Source of the DNA: Gonapodya sp. JEL0774
Lineage: Eukaryota
Direction: 5' to 3'
Assembly (NCBI GenBank): GCA_027604505.1
Contig: JADIIX010000134.1
Coordinates: 1 to 63,118, forward strand
DNA length: 63,118 bases
The stretch's first letter is position 1, and the number at the start of each line of letters is the position of its first letter. Positions 1 to 12,773 of this stretch are shown here, in pieces. A model generated the notes under the pieces. That model saw only the letters and a list, made by a program, of their open reading frames with translations. It did not search any database and was not told the origin of the DNA. The translations under genes and the position numbers were made by a program.

Positions 1-291
1 TCTCATTTGGGGTGGTGGCGAAACACCCCAGGAGGCACCACCCCATGTGGGGTACCCCAGAATTCACATATGCCTGTCCAGATCATGAGGGTCCTAAGTT
101 CTCCTGAAGGGTTGCAAGAAAGCAAACTCGAAACCTACCGAAGGGGGCGCCCGCTTTCAGCTCACCTGCTCATTCACCTCGTTCGCTTCGCTACATTCCG
201 CTTTGCAATCAAGCTCTCCAAGGTTTTGTTCTGCTATCCTTTCAGAACGTACTCGTGGAAAAGAGCCAACCACCCACCGAAAACTCATGCC

Positions 292-2293
292 ATGCGCGTG
301 ATGCTGCCTTGTGCAGCACTCCTGATGGCTGGAGGTGGTTTGGTGACCCACTCAATCGCTCAAACAATCGCCGACGACTGCGGTTATTTTGAAAACGTGC
401 TGGATGGGTCCAACATCTCGCTTCCATGGCCTAGAGGGAACTGCTGTGATTTCTACAGGATAATCATCAGCGATTATAGTGGACTCAACAGCGAGCAAGG
501 ATTCAATTGCTCCAACGCCCGCGTAGTTCGAGCTTCTCTTCCTCAAATGAATATTACAGCCCATCAGATGCCACCGCTTTCAAATCTGACGAATCTAGAG
601 TATTTTGACATGTCCAGCAATCGCCTGTCGGGATCAGCGCCGTCGGTTGAAGGATTGGTCAACCTTGGATACATAAACTTGCGAAGCAATTTTATCACGA
701 CTTTTCCGCCTGGCGTGGAGAATTTGACCAAGCTCAGTACACTTAATATGTATATAAACAACATCACGGGGTCACTGCCGAATCTCACTGGACTTGTAGG
801 ACTCAAAGATTTGTGGATCTTTTGTGCGTGCATTGTCTAGTCGCCCATTCTCTTTCTGACCATATCCAATTGCACATGAATCTCATCATATTCTGCTAAT
901 CCTTCAGCCAATAACATGTCTGGCTCCATTGATGGCCTTCTCCCCCGCGTCAACCTCACCTCGTGCCAACTCAACAACGGCAACACCAACACCGGCTTAT
1001 ACACTCGAACTTGCGATGTACCTGCCGCATGTCTCAGTGCTGGGGAGTCCTTGCCTGTCTTAATGGATCTGCCCAATGGAACCACCACCGTATCCACCTG
1101 CGCCTTGATGAAGTCTACTGGTGGGTCAGCACCAATGACCGCATCCCCGCAAACGGGGATAAATTACGCATTGATTGGAGGTGCTGCTGGCGGAGGAGTC
1201 GCAGTGATTGCGGCTATGGGCATCACGTATTATATTGTGATGGCAAAGCGGAAACGCGCCGCGGCGGCGAATGCGACCACAACTGATGAAAAGGAGCCTC
1301 ACTGGTGGGTCTCTGCCAAGATGTTCCCCCGCCCATGAGTGGTTCGACTTTAAAGATGCCTCCATCGCATAGGTTCTTCCTCCGGATCGCTGGCCCACTT
1401 GGTCTGGAGAACGAAGCCACGGTTGAGTATTCGGGACCGCCGTTTACCGTAGTTCAGAGGGTGGGTCTGACACGACTGCTTTTCTTGTTCCTGTGAATCT
1501 CATTCACTTTTTCTCTGCGCTGCGGACGATTTAGTATGATGCTCAAGCGCCAGACGAGATGGACCTCGTACCGGGTCATTTGGTACAAATGCAGGGAATT
1601 TTCCGAGATGGGTGAGTCGGTACTTGAGCTTTGACGAGCAGATTCTCGATAGTGAAACCTTTTGCTCCCAGTTGGGCATCCTGCTGGGACATGACTGCCA
1701 CGAAATACGGGACCGTACCTCTGTGAGCAACAATGAATCGAATATCGGCCAGGAGCTCTTCTGAAGTCATTTACCTGAATCACTTTTGGCTTAACAGCGA
1801 CTGCCTGCTCCTTGCCGACCACATCCTGCCCTCTGCCACGAACCAACATTCGTTCCCACTCTCGCGGGGGGAAGGTTCTTTTGTTCGCAGCGTATCCCTC
1901 TCTGCCTCCTCGCTCGCCCGAACTCATCCTCCGTCCAGTACCTCGTCTTCCTTTGGCAAATCAACTTTGCCGGACAAGACCCTCACGAACTCGGGCACCA
2001 TGGTCGACAGAGCTGGTAGTGTGCGGACTTCGGGACTAGCGTCCAGGTCAGCGTTCGGAAGTACCTTTGGTAGTCAAGAGGAACTTATGGGCCGAGGTAC
2101 CAGTGTTCGTGGAGTGGAGCCTGGGGTGGAGAGGGGACCCTCGATTGGGACAGAACGGACGCTGTGGAACCACAGGGGGGCTCCATCGACAGCTCCCTCT
2201 TCGCCACGGTCTCCTGGGTCTCCTGGAACAAGCGTGGGAGAAGTCGGGTCCGGGGAGTCTGAGTCAACGCAAGATTCACCGCCAAGGCAGTGA
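292..2293 (+). CDS. Single-pass receptor-like protein: signal peptide, Cys cap, LRRs, TM, SH3, Ser-rich tail (6 exons)
   Basis: ATG 292 (MRVMLPCAALLMAGG). LRRs of the LxxLxxLxLxxNxLxGxxP type; TM ALIGGAAGGGVAVIAAMGITYYIVM followed by KRKR. Introns 824-907, 1305-1372, 1461-1534, 1612-1671 and 1723-1797 (all GT..AG) splice to FTVVQRYDAQAPDEMDLVPGHLVQMQGIFRDGWASCWDMTATKYGTVPLDCL, an SH3 pattern. Stop at 2293. Confidence 0.85.
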
Positions 2294-2963
2294 AAGTGGG
2301 GGAAGATGTTGGTTGTTTCCAGGATCGACACAATCGCCGCGATCATTTTTGATCAGTCTCGCCTGGATCAGTTTGAGCTTGCCACTCCTTCCGGCGTAGA
2401 GAAACTAACTGTACGTGTTGATGCAAGATGTACCGGCACTGGAGAGTAAGGGCACTGAGCACTTGCAGGTCTAAATTTTGAATGGCTTATTCGTACTACT
2501 ATTACCAAAGCCTCTGTCGTATTCGTATATTTTGATATACCTCTATTCGAAATGATCACATCATGTCGCGTACCAGTAAAGGTGCGATCGGACACTTCTT
2601 CATATGTTACTGAAGGGGCTGATGCTGCGAACTGAAGGTGCTCTGTGTCGCACTATCCAGTGATAACCGCTACAAACTGAAACTTTGCCAAACAGCTGGA
2701 CGCACCGAAAGCATTTCTGGACATGGGGGGCGTGTGGGCTCGCCAGTTAAGTGTGACCATCATTATTTTCAATGAATCGAAGATAGTCGAGTGGATCGAA
2801 CCATCAAAACGAAAATGTTTCCAACATTAAATATTGCACGGGTTTCTGCGATGCGGTATGTAGGTGGCTGCCCTGGCTGTGGCCTTTCCTGGCGGTGATG
2901 GTCGTTTCCAGCTCGCCGTGGTTGCTCCATCAAAAGCATTTTCGGTTAGCGGATCAGAGCAAA

Positions 2964-5191
2964 ATGCGCCTGATGCGCAACGGAGTCGCCTATTCCAACG
3001 TGGAGCTTGTAAAACCAGGATCGGATCGATCAATTCTTTTGAGCATTATACTCTTCACTCTGTCGATCTCGTTTTCGTGCATATTCGCGCAGTCTCAGCG
3101 AGAAGATTGTGCCGTCTGGGAAGATGTATATAACCAGAGCGGCGTCGCTGTCCCCTGGCCAATCGGCGAATGTTGCGGATACAGGGACACATCAAGCTAC
3201 TCCCGGAGCATCATTTGCGACTTGAACAATCGGACAATGTTCGTGACCCTTCCTGCCGCCGGTTTGAAGGGCCAGCTTCCGTCGCTGGCGAGCCAGACGT
3301 CACTTCAAGCTCTGTACCTTTCCAACAACAATTTGACCGGTCCGATACCGGATTTACCCTATTTGCCCAAGCCTCTCATCTACTTGCTAGGACTGGATGG
3401 AAACTCTTTCACGGGATCAATTCCTGCTACCCTCGCGAACCAAAAGGCCCTCATCACTTTAACTCTCTCCAAGAATCGGCTCACGGGAACAGTACCTGAT
3501 CTGTCAAATCTCACCGGCCTCGCATCCCTCACCCTTTTTGACAACCTGTTGTCTGGAAATGTGGATGGAAGAGTACCCCAGGGCTTGGTCACGTGCATTC
3601 TCTACATACCCGGCACCAACGACGGCAACAAAGACCTTTACTCTTGTGCTCCGAACAATTTGCCAAGAGCATGTTTGTTCTCTGGGAATCTAAATGCTTT
3701 TGGACCGGACTGCCCGTCCACTGTAGTCACTACTACCACCACCACTGTCGCAACTACGCCCACAGTCGGCCCTTCTGTCACTGACGCTTCTCTCAGCTCA
3801 GTAAAGACAACACCAACGGGAACTACTACTCCGCCACCACCAGGACTCGATTCTCCTCCTAACACCGCTCTCATTGCTGGTGCCACCGTTGGAGGATTTG
3901 TGGGTCTTGTTGCAATTGTGTGTTTCGTGTTGTGGTATGTGCGAAAGAGAGGATCAAAAAGCCCAGGACCTCTTGAAAAGGATATCGATGGACGGGGAAC
4001 CTACGCGCCAGTGTCGTTGAGTTCGGGGCTCGGAGGTGGTAGCTCGAGAAACAAGGTACGCGGAACCACACATCAGCCCAACTCCCAAGCAATAGTAACA
4101 CTGCTCCTCCATTACACCCTCGGCCTGCAATCAAACTTGGATATGCTCTCAACCCCTCCGATTCTACAAGGAACCACACGTTCGTTGCTTCTGTTATGTT
4201 GGAATTGCCGGTGGAATTGATCCTTACCTGCACGCCTCAGTGGCTATTCTTGCATCTTGCTACTCCACTAGGGTTGCCGGACGCGTCTTATGTTGACTGT
4301 AACATGGAGGCAATGGCGATTACTGAGGTACCGCTCCCAACTTCATCGGTGTTTCTGTTCTGCGAAAGCTCGAATCCACCTCATTCACTCTTTTCATCCA
4401 ACCAAACCTCTCAGTTCCCTGCTCCAAACCCCGACGAACTCCCTTTGCTACCCAGCACCCCCGTCACGCTTGTCCGCGTCTTCCGAGACGGATGGGGTCT
4501 TGCCCGACTCCGTTCCCTCCCCCCTTCCAACCAACCTTCACACATCGAGGGTGTCGTGCCACTTGAATGTTTGGATGTTGGCAGGTATGGTGTGCAGAGT
4601 GGATCTGTAAGAACGGGATCAGGTGGCCTGTCTCCTAGTGCACACGGATATGGCGATCGATGGGAAAGTAGGGGTTGGTCACTGAACACGCAGAGTCAGG
4701 TACGCACAATCGCAGTTGCTCTATTTAGTGTTTGAGTCCGTACCTCTACTCGATGCTCTTGAAATCCAATCGCACAGTCCACCCTGACCCCACCCTTCTC
4801 CGTCCCGTTTGACTTCGATGTTCGTGGGCCTGGAACACCAGCATCTACATCCTACTACCCTGTACCTTCAACTCAAACGTCCACTCAAATATCTTCTGGC
4901 GGCACCAACTTGCAGCCGACAGACTCCTATGCGCCTGTGTCACACGTCCCCTCTGGCCCACCCCAGTTCTCACTGCCATTTGATAGTAGAACCGAATACG
5001 AACGGTCGTCAAGGACTATGGTCGGAGATGTCTCTGGTTCCGTGGGTAATACCGGGAGCGGTGGGGTCAAGGCCAGGCCGAGGGTATCCTCAAGGAGTGC
5101 CTTGGATACGCCCTCTTCGAGGAACATGGCGTCGACCTTTGGTGTGAGTGGTGTCAGTGGAGAGCCGGACCTGAGGACTGGCGGAATATAG
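2964..5191 (+). CDS. Paralogous LRR-TM-SH3 receptor-like protein (4 exons)
   Basis: Hydrophobic signal (ILLSIILFTLSISFSCIFA); Cys cap DC..W..PWP.G.CC shared with the upstream gene; about 5 LRRs; Thr-rich stalk; TM ALIAGATVGGFVGLVAIVCFVLWYV followed by RKR. Introns 4056-4240, 4328-4414 and 4700-4777 give the SH3 AITEFPAPNPDELPL..VTLVRVFRDGWGL..EGVVPLECL. Exact start Met uncertain. Confidence 0.85.
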
Positions 5192-5319
5192 TTGTTCGGT
5201 AATGCGGATGATGGTACTACATACTATAGCGGGATCAACTATGTAAGATCAATTCATTGAATGTATTGCGACAAGTATTTATCGCCTGCCAACCTCGAGC
5301 ACACTACTGAACGAAGAGT

Positions 5320-7659
5320 TCACAGTGAATCCAATTCCAAACCGTTCCATACCGTCAGTGCCCACTGCTCCGTGTCCTGACCAACCCATCGGCCCCATGT
5401 CCATTCCTCGGACATCAATTCTTCTTCCCACCACTCAAGCTCGTCAAACGCACGCGCCGCCTCAATCCCGTCGAACCATGCCATTGCCGCGTCCACTATA
5501 TAATTCGGCAGATGAAGGGCGACCAGCAGAAGCCTGAGCGACAATAGAAAGGCCTGCAAGTGAGCACAAAGATGAGCAAAATGCAGCGATGGTCGATTCG
5601 GATGTGTGGGCCGTGTTTCGTGAAGTGAGTCTGGGATGTTGGTGGACAGACGAGATAGCCACCTCCCTGCCACAAGAATGAGTGCTGCGGCTTCGACAGG
5701 GTTAAGCGCAGCGGTAGGTGTTGAGCCTACAGTGCGGGTATAAGCGGTAAAAAATCCTGCAAGACCAATTGCTACACCACGATGGCTGGGAAGGGACCAA
5801 CCAAGGGCGGAGGGCGGGACGTCAAGGCATTGAGCTGCCACAGCTTCTCTCTGGGTGTTATCAGACATTACGGCAAGCCACTGAGAAAGCTTTGTCACGT
5901 CGTTATCTCCACCGTAACCCCCCACCTCTCTTGCTATTTCAACCAGTGAGTTCAAAGCTACAGGAGTTCCCTCCACCTGTGCGTACCTGTCCTTCCCTTT
6001 TCGAAGCTCCACTGCCAAAACCCATTGTCCCTTTGCGTATCGTTCGATGAGTCCCGGGTCACCCCATCGAATCACGGACCACGACCAGGCCCATGGGAGA
6101 GCACCGCAGGAGATGAGTGACGACGACCAGCAAGACGCCCGCGATACGTCTTCAAAGGAACCAACGCAAAGAAAACGAGAGTGCAGGAGAACAGATTGAA
6201 TGTGCGAAGGGGGGTGTAAATCTGTGCTCAGAGGGTTCGTGGGGACGTACGATTCGAGAGCATTGCGGATCCCAATCATCGCTGCCACGCCATCCTCACT
6301 GAGACTGCATACTCGCTCCAAATCTTCAAGAATGAATTTTAGTGGGGCATCGGGATGGAAGGAGCGGATGTACCCCGCCGCGAGAGCGATGTTGTCGGGG
6401 AGATTTGGCACAATGGGGCCAGAATGTTGGCGGCTCTTCATATGCGATAAAAGACGATGTGGGAGGACAGAAGGAGGTGTGTAATCGGTGCCGGAGAGAG
6501 CGGCAAGCAGAGGCAAGCGGGAAATAGGAAGGGTGAGGGCTACCGTGAGATTGCAGTGAGCGTTGCAACGGAATAGCGACTGATGATGGGAACCGGAACA
6601 GACCTTGGGCAAGTATGGTGGATGTGTGGAGCGAGGCGGTCAGCGAGAATGGTTGGGTATCAGAAGGAGATTCGGAGGCAGGAAACGTGAGCGATGAGAG
6701 TGGGACATAGAAGATACCCTGTTATGGCGCAGCGTGTCAGCAAATTCTTACAGATAACACTTAGCAAGTCCCACCTCAAACACCACAAAATCCGAATCGT
6801 TGGAGACCACCACAACAACACCACGACCTCCGTGTTTATCCGCCAATTTTCGAGCCACACCGACGCAGATTCGATCCCCATCTTCGGTGGCGAAATTGCA
6901 AAACACATCAAATTTGATACGATGGTTTGTGTTGGTCCATGACTGCGCGGCTCGTTGTACTGCCTCGACTGCCAGGAGAGGCAAGACTCCACCTCTACGG
7001 TCACACCATTCCTTTTTTAAGCCTCGCCTGGTTTCCGTATTCTTCTTTTTCCGCTTGGCGCTCTTGGTGTTCTTGGACATTGTTCCCTCCACTCCCCACC
7101 GTTCCACAATCCCACGTACTTTCACCAGCTTTTCGACCTCACGACTTCTCCGGGTCCCAAGCTTTCCCGGAGGCACTCCACCGTCGAAGATGAGGTGGGC
7201 GGAGGACTTCGGAGGCGAGGCACGACCGAGTGCGGTGAGAAACTGTCGGAAGTGGTGAGATCACCGAAAACGTGAAACCGGGGCCACAGAGCATCATTCA
7301 CATCAAATGTTGCCTTCTCCAGGGCTTTGTACGTCCCTATGTAAGTGTAATCCACTTTCGACGACAGATAATGCGCAAGAGACGATGCATCTACTACGAT
7401 ATCGACAGGGGTATTCGGACCAACGACAAGGTTTCCATTTGCTGTCGGCGGATTGGTCACGTAATCGCATGGTCGAGAAGAGTTTGATGGAGAGAGTAAT
7501 GCAAATTGCCGCTTCAGAGCCGCTGAGGACGATAGAAATGTTGTCAAGCGAATGACGCCTTCGTTTCAATCAGGATAGGTAAAATAGGCATGAACAACTT
7601 GGATCAGAATCAAATCTTGTAGATCTCTTGGTAGAAATGTCATCGAAAATCCCACCCAT
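5320..7659 (-). CDS. PIN-domain/XPG-superfamily protein, Asteroid/FAM120-like
   Basis: Spliced N-terminus M-G-VIRLTTFL (4-nt first exon ATGG at 7659-7656). IVVDASSL, LIFDGG..PGKLGTRRSR, EDGD, VVVSNDSDF and LPLLAALSGTDY match XPG N- and I-region acidic motifs and the H3TH element. Confidence 0.75.
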
Positions 7660-7898
7660 ATGTTTTCTCCGATAGATGGAAGGCCGACGCTGCATGAAGG
7701 GGTCCCCAGCTGCTCCCGCTTCCATGCAGAGCCTTGATGAACCTGAATGAGCGCGAGCAGAGTGTGATAATAAATCTGTATTTACAACTTGTATTATCAA
7801 ATAGATATCGAAACTGTCCTGCATAAAAAATGGATCCGTCTCGACATCTTTACCCTTTTGCCATGAACCCGGACCCGCGACCAACCGCCAAATAAATA

Positions 7899-9865
7899 CT
7901 ATGCTTGTTCCAATTTTATGGAGGGAACCATGCCAATATTCTCATTTTCCTGGCACCCAACACCTGAATCTCGAACCAAGGGAGGAGCTTGTGAACGCTC
8001 GGAATTTGTTCCGTCTGAGGGGTTCGCTACACTGCTGGCAGATAATCCAATATCAGGCAGCGTAGCTCCAACAGTGGCTTTATGATCGGACAGCCAAGCT
8101 TTCTCTAATACTCCCTGAGGGAAGTACACTGCTTGTCTCCGAAGCCCATTTGAATAGATCTTGCCGGTACTCAATTTGGTCCAGAACTCTTCCCGCTCTG
8201 AGGTGAGTTGAACAAAAACTTTTGCCTCGTGCGATTTGCTTTCGAATGAGATTCCTTGAACGGTCTGTTTCACCAGCAGGCTTATGTACTGAATATTTTG
8301 CAACTTGTTCCTGAGATCAGAACAGCCGCTCCTGCTGAGCAGTGAAATGACGTTTAAAGCTCTTCTGCGAGAGTCCCAGAGTTGCTTAAGTCCAACCAGA
8401 GTTTCGAAAACTTCACCACCAAATGTGATACCACCGAACGGCATACTCAAATGGTCGTACGCCTCCAGAATTGCCGTGATTTGTTCAACTCTTTGCGTAA
8501 AAGGTGTAGAGGCCTCCGTTTGCATCTTCTTGGGTACACGCGACAAAAATGTCTTCAGGAGCTTCAGGAACTTGCTCTCCTGAAGAGTGACCTCGTCGAG
8601 AGGGCCTTCAGAGGCGTTAACGTCGCTTTTCATATCAGTCACTCCAGCGATATTTCGACGGCGTCCAGAGCGGATGGGACCCCCTCCAGCACGCTCCTTC
8701 ACCTCGGCTGCGTGGGACTGTAAGCTGTTCGAAGTCTGCATTCCCGTGTCAGCGGAAACGGCTCGAACTCCTTCTCTCCTTCCTTTCCTGACAACTGGCG
8801 ATTTCGTATGAGGCGCTCGGGAAGGAAGCTCCTCAGATTCTCCTTGCGCTGCTGCGTTGTTCGGGGCGGCTAGAGAATTATTGGCGATCTCTTCCGAGTT
8901 CAAATTCGCACTCCCCCCATCTTCCGCTGTTCGTGACTCCAAGTCCATGAAGGGAGAGCTGCCTGATAATCCTCTTGTTGTCTCTGCTACAGCCGGCTCA
9001 CTGGTCGCTTCTGGCTTTACGATCGGCATGGTCCAAGACGACGCAGTAAAAGGCACAAGACGCCGAGTCCCCCGAGGAGCAAAAGAGTGGTCATCTGCAG
9101 ATGCGGCAACGGACAAGTCAGCCACAGCGGAAATAATAGTGGAGGCTGATCCCGAAGGAGAATCGGCATTCGGCACGGTGGAAGCAAGTGAATCGACAGT
9201 CTGCTCAACTGGGACGGCAGGAACAGATACATGGGTCCTTGTTGCGATGTTCGTGGAGTCTACGGGCATAGTGGAAACACTGGACTGTCGATTATTGAAC
9301 TTCAATGAGGGTCCACTCCTACGGACACGGACCTCAAGGAAATCACCGGGTCTGATTTACGAGAACGTGCAATCAACGAGATTTCAACTAAAAAGCATTC
9401 TTTTGGGAGACACTCACGATAGCAGCTCGATTGCTCGTTCATCCACTGATGTCACCCACCCATTCCCGATGTCAGAGAGAACCACGACTTCGAAACCCTC
9501 GTTCCCGATTCTTCCTGAGAATGATTGATGGCATGTTCGCATCAAGTCCTTTCCGGTGCGCGCGGAGAAAAGAACTCGTCAGGAAAGAGGTTCGATTGCA
9601 TGAGATGCTCAAACTGTTTCCTCACATCATAGGAAAGCGGTTGCCGAATGAAGATAAATCGCTCGTCTCCTTGTAATCGGATATGGAGTCGCTGAGTGAT
9701 ACGATTCATCCAAATTAGTGGAGTTGCGATCCTAACCCCACTGCATAAAACCACCGGGAGCGATTCGTCCAAATTATCTTCCACTCGAAAACATTTTCCC
9801 CTTCCATCGCGATGAAATTAATATATCGATCCAAAATTGAATATTGAATACTCCGCGCCTGCCAT
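7899..9865 (-). CDS. Hypothetical protein (multi-exon)
   Basis: 468-aa terminal ORF 7899-9305 joined to upstream exons by plausible GT-AG introns (GTGAGT donor at 9417). Probable ATG at 9865. No recognised family. Confidence 0.55.
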
Positions 9866-11329
9866 GGCTTGGACTCTCCCCTCATACCTTACCCGAGTCG
9901 TCCCCAGTCGCACGGTACGGCTGACATGGGAAGCGGCTCCGCGGATCTCAAGTGATCACCGAGAAGGAGGCTGGCTTGGGAGCGGTGATCGTTGACGCGG
10001 GGGCTTCGGACATTCCCACGCAACTAGATTTGATACCTCGCGTTTCACTTTCTGCTTCTCCTCACTCTCCACCTTCTACTGTTCTCGCAAGGTCCCAGCT
10101 CCCAACCACCCTCCCAAGCACCATTCTTCTTTCTCTTCGCTCACCAGGCTTCTGCCTGCCGGCGACCTCTTCTACGTCGACTGGCCGGCTGGAGATGCTT
10201 GCCGCAATGATAGGATACGGTTGTATTGCCGTGTTCGACGTTGCGTCACGATCGTGAAGGAGGTGGCCAGAGCTGCTGCGCAGGACTGAAGTGCGAGAGG
10301 ATAGATATGTGACAAGTCGGAGAGTTAATTGGTGAGGACTTGGTGGTCTGGCGGACGGACGTGAGTGGCGAGTTCTCAAGCGAGCTGTGAGATATGCTGT
10401 CCATAATTCTCATGGCTGACCCATTCCCCGACTCCTGTTCCTGTATCACTCCGCTCAGTGTAACGACGAGGATCTGCGTGGAATTTAGGTAAGGGAACGG
10501 GAACAGGGAGGCTTGTCAGGCAGTCCGCAACCCAACAACCACCCCACAAACCCGTCATCGACTTCACCAAGGTTCGGCCTTCGGGCACCCGCTGGAGCCC
10601 CGTACTCCACTTCCATCGACCTGACTCATTGCATTTGGAACTTTCTTCTGTTCCCCAGGCCTTCGACGACCTCTTCCATCACCGACTGGCGCTGCTTCAA
10701 GACCGCCCAGACCGCCCTTCTTCACCGAGACCTGGTCAAGTGGCCGACCGACATACGCCATAGACCGCCTCTGGTCGCTGGTAGCGGACCACCAACGCTA
10801 TCCGGACCGACGGGGTCGGCAACCGTGCGTTCGATCGGGGAGACCCCGGAACGCGAGTGTATCCAAGCGGTGCAAAGTCGGGCCTTCTGCTGTACAAGAA
10901 GGTTGCCTTTGTCGTAGCGCAGCACAAGCTGCGAGCTCCCTGTCCCTGAATTCCAACTGCGTGTTTCATCCACGTCTTGGGTGCGTCTGCTGGGCTGCTT
11001 AGGAGAACTCCGGCATCAGAATATCCCCGAGCTTGTCTCTGTGTCAGTTTCATGGCTGATTGCGGAGCGGGCGGAGGCGCAGTGGTAGATTGTGTTCTTT
11101 ACATTGCTAATGTAAGAGTATTCACAGAATCATGATCCAATTATACGGGAGAGAGCATGTAGTAACTACTTGGAATATCATCTGTTATCAAATTTGAAAG
11201 CAGGATATTGCTAAGTTAATTTCGATGAAAAATTAACAACGTTGATGAGATAACTCCGACATACAAACCCAGCTGTAGCTTTCCCACCCCTCACACCGCT
11301 CCTTTTCTTGGATCGTTTGGTGGTTCTCG

Positions 11330-11982
11330 TCACTCCGCCACCACTCTTCGAAGTGGCACACCCAGTCCCCCCTTTCTTACCTCATCGATGGTAAAGTCAC
11401 CTGTCAGTCTGGAATTGTCAATCAAAGGGACGTTCACACATTCCGCCACACCTGTCATGAGCTCATCAATCGAGAATTGGTGTGGGTCAATGATGCAAAT
11501 TGTGCTTTGTGTCATCCCATTTGTTAGTCACATTTCAAAGTAGGTGATTTGCAGAACTCACATCGACCAGCGATCAATAAAATCTCGCATGGCAGCGTCG
11601 TCACTGAATGTAAATTCGATGACGGCATTGTCATTGTGATACCGGACCTTAACGCTGTTTCGAATCAACAACCTAAGCCCTGCCGTCAGATGCTGATGCT
11701 GGGGGCAACAGTGGCAACGTCAAAATTTGGTGGAATAGGAAGGAAGATGCGAGCGCCGTTCGGGACCGCTGCACTGGTGAGCGAGGGTATGTAGCCGGGC
11801 TCAGCAGGTAGCAGTTCCATGCCGAGCTGGAGGCCCATAGCTTGGAGGGTGGGGATGCTGGTACAGGCTGTGAGGTTGTTAAACCTTTCAGTAAACTGTG
11901 CTGAGTTGAGTATTGGATAGATGGAGTTCGGAAATAGCGGGTAATGCTGCTGTATGTTGGTAGAAGAAGTCCACGTCATCAA
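11330..11982 (-). CDS. Possible small hypothetical gene or gene fragment
   Basis: Short protein-like ORFs (11686-11982, an internal exon VRYHNDNAVIEFTFSDDAAMRDFIDRW, and 11330-11515) separated by candidate introns. No start or family identified. Confidence 0.3.
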
Positions 11983-12773
11983 TGACCAACCTACCTTGTG
12001 GTGACGGTCAAGTACAGCAGACTGCGCACGGTCTTTAAGGACTGCACTCTCTTACTCACAGCAGTATTTACAAGAAACAAGTGGTGATTTGGTCCTGGTA
12101 AATCGCGGTAGCGGCGGAGTATTGCCCCGATGTTCTTGAAGTCCCCTGGTCTGACGGGGGCCTGGCATTGTCACATACCACGAGCCGCAACAGTCCCGAT
12201 TTCATCTGTCATCTTGATTGTTTGGTTGGTTGCTCAAAATTGTTTCGGGGGACCCCGCACTATCAAGCATTAGCGTCGTTCATTATGGAGCGCACCTGAC
12301 TACCCCACGTTCATACCGGGCGGACATATTATGATTAGGCAAGCACTTAAATGGAGCTAGTTTATGAAGTCTGCTTCTGCTGCTCATCCTTTTACCGATG
12401 TCGGCCTGTGGTGAGGGAGTTGTATACCAAAAGTCGGAGCCGGAACGGCCTCGGGGAGTGAAACTTAATCACGCGTCCTCATGCGTACGGCTCATAAATG
12501 ATGACTTTTGGTGTGTTTTTTGTGTCTCCAAAGTACGCCGAACTTTATGGTTCGGTGTGGCGCCACTCCGCCGTTGTCTCGCTCGGATGTGTGTGCCTCA
12601 CTGTTTTCATGGGCCCACCAGGAGGCCACAGATTTCGCCTGTTCTCCTCAAACTTGTTTTTGGAAATCAGCGCTGTTCTGGCCGTCCAAAGCGACATCAG
12701 AGGAAAAGACTGCGCAGTGAAATCTTGATTGTCGAATTGGAAACTCGAAACATCGCAAATTTACAACGAAATT

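Noticed and set aside
9417..9510. GFEVVVLSDIGNGWVTSV looked like an XRCC4/XLF head strand
   Set aside because: No following coiled-coil stalk and only a short resemblance, which is insufficient.
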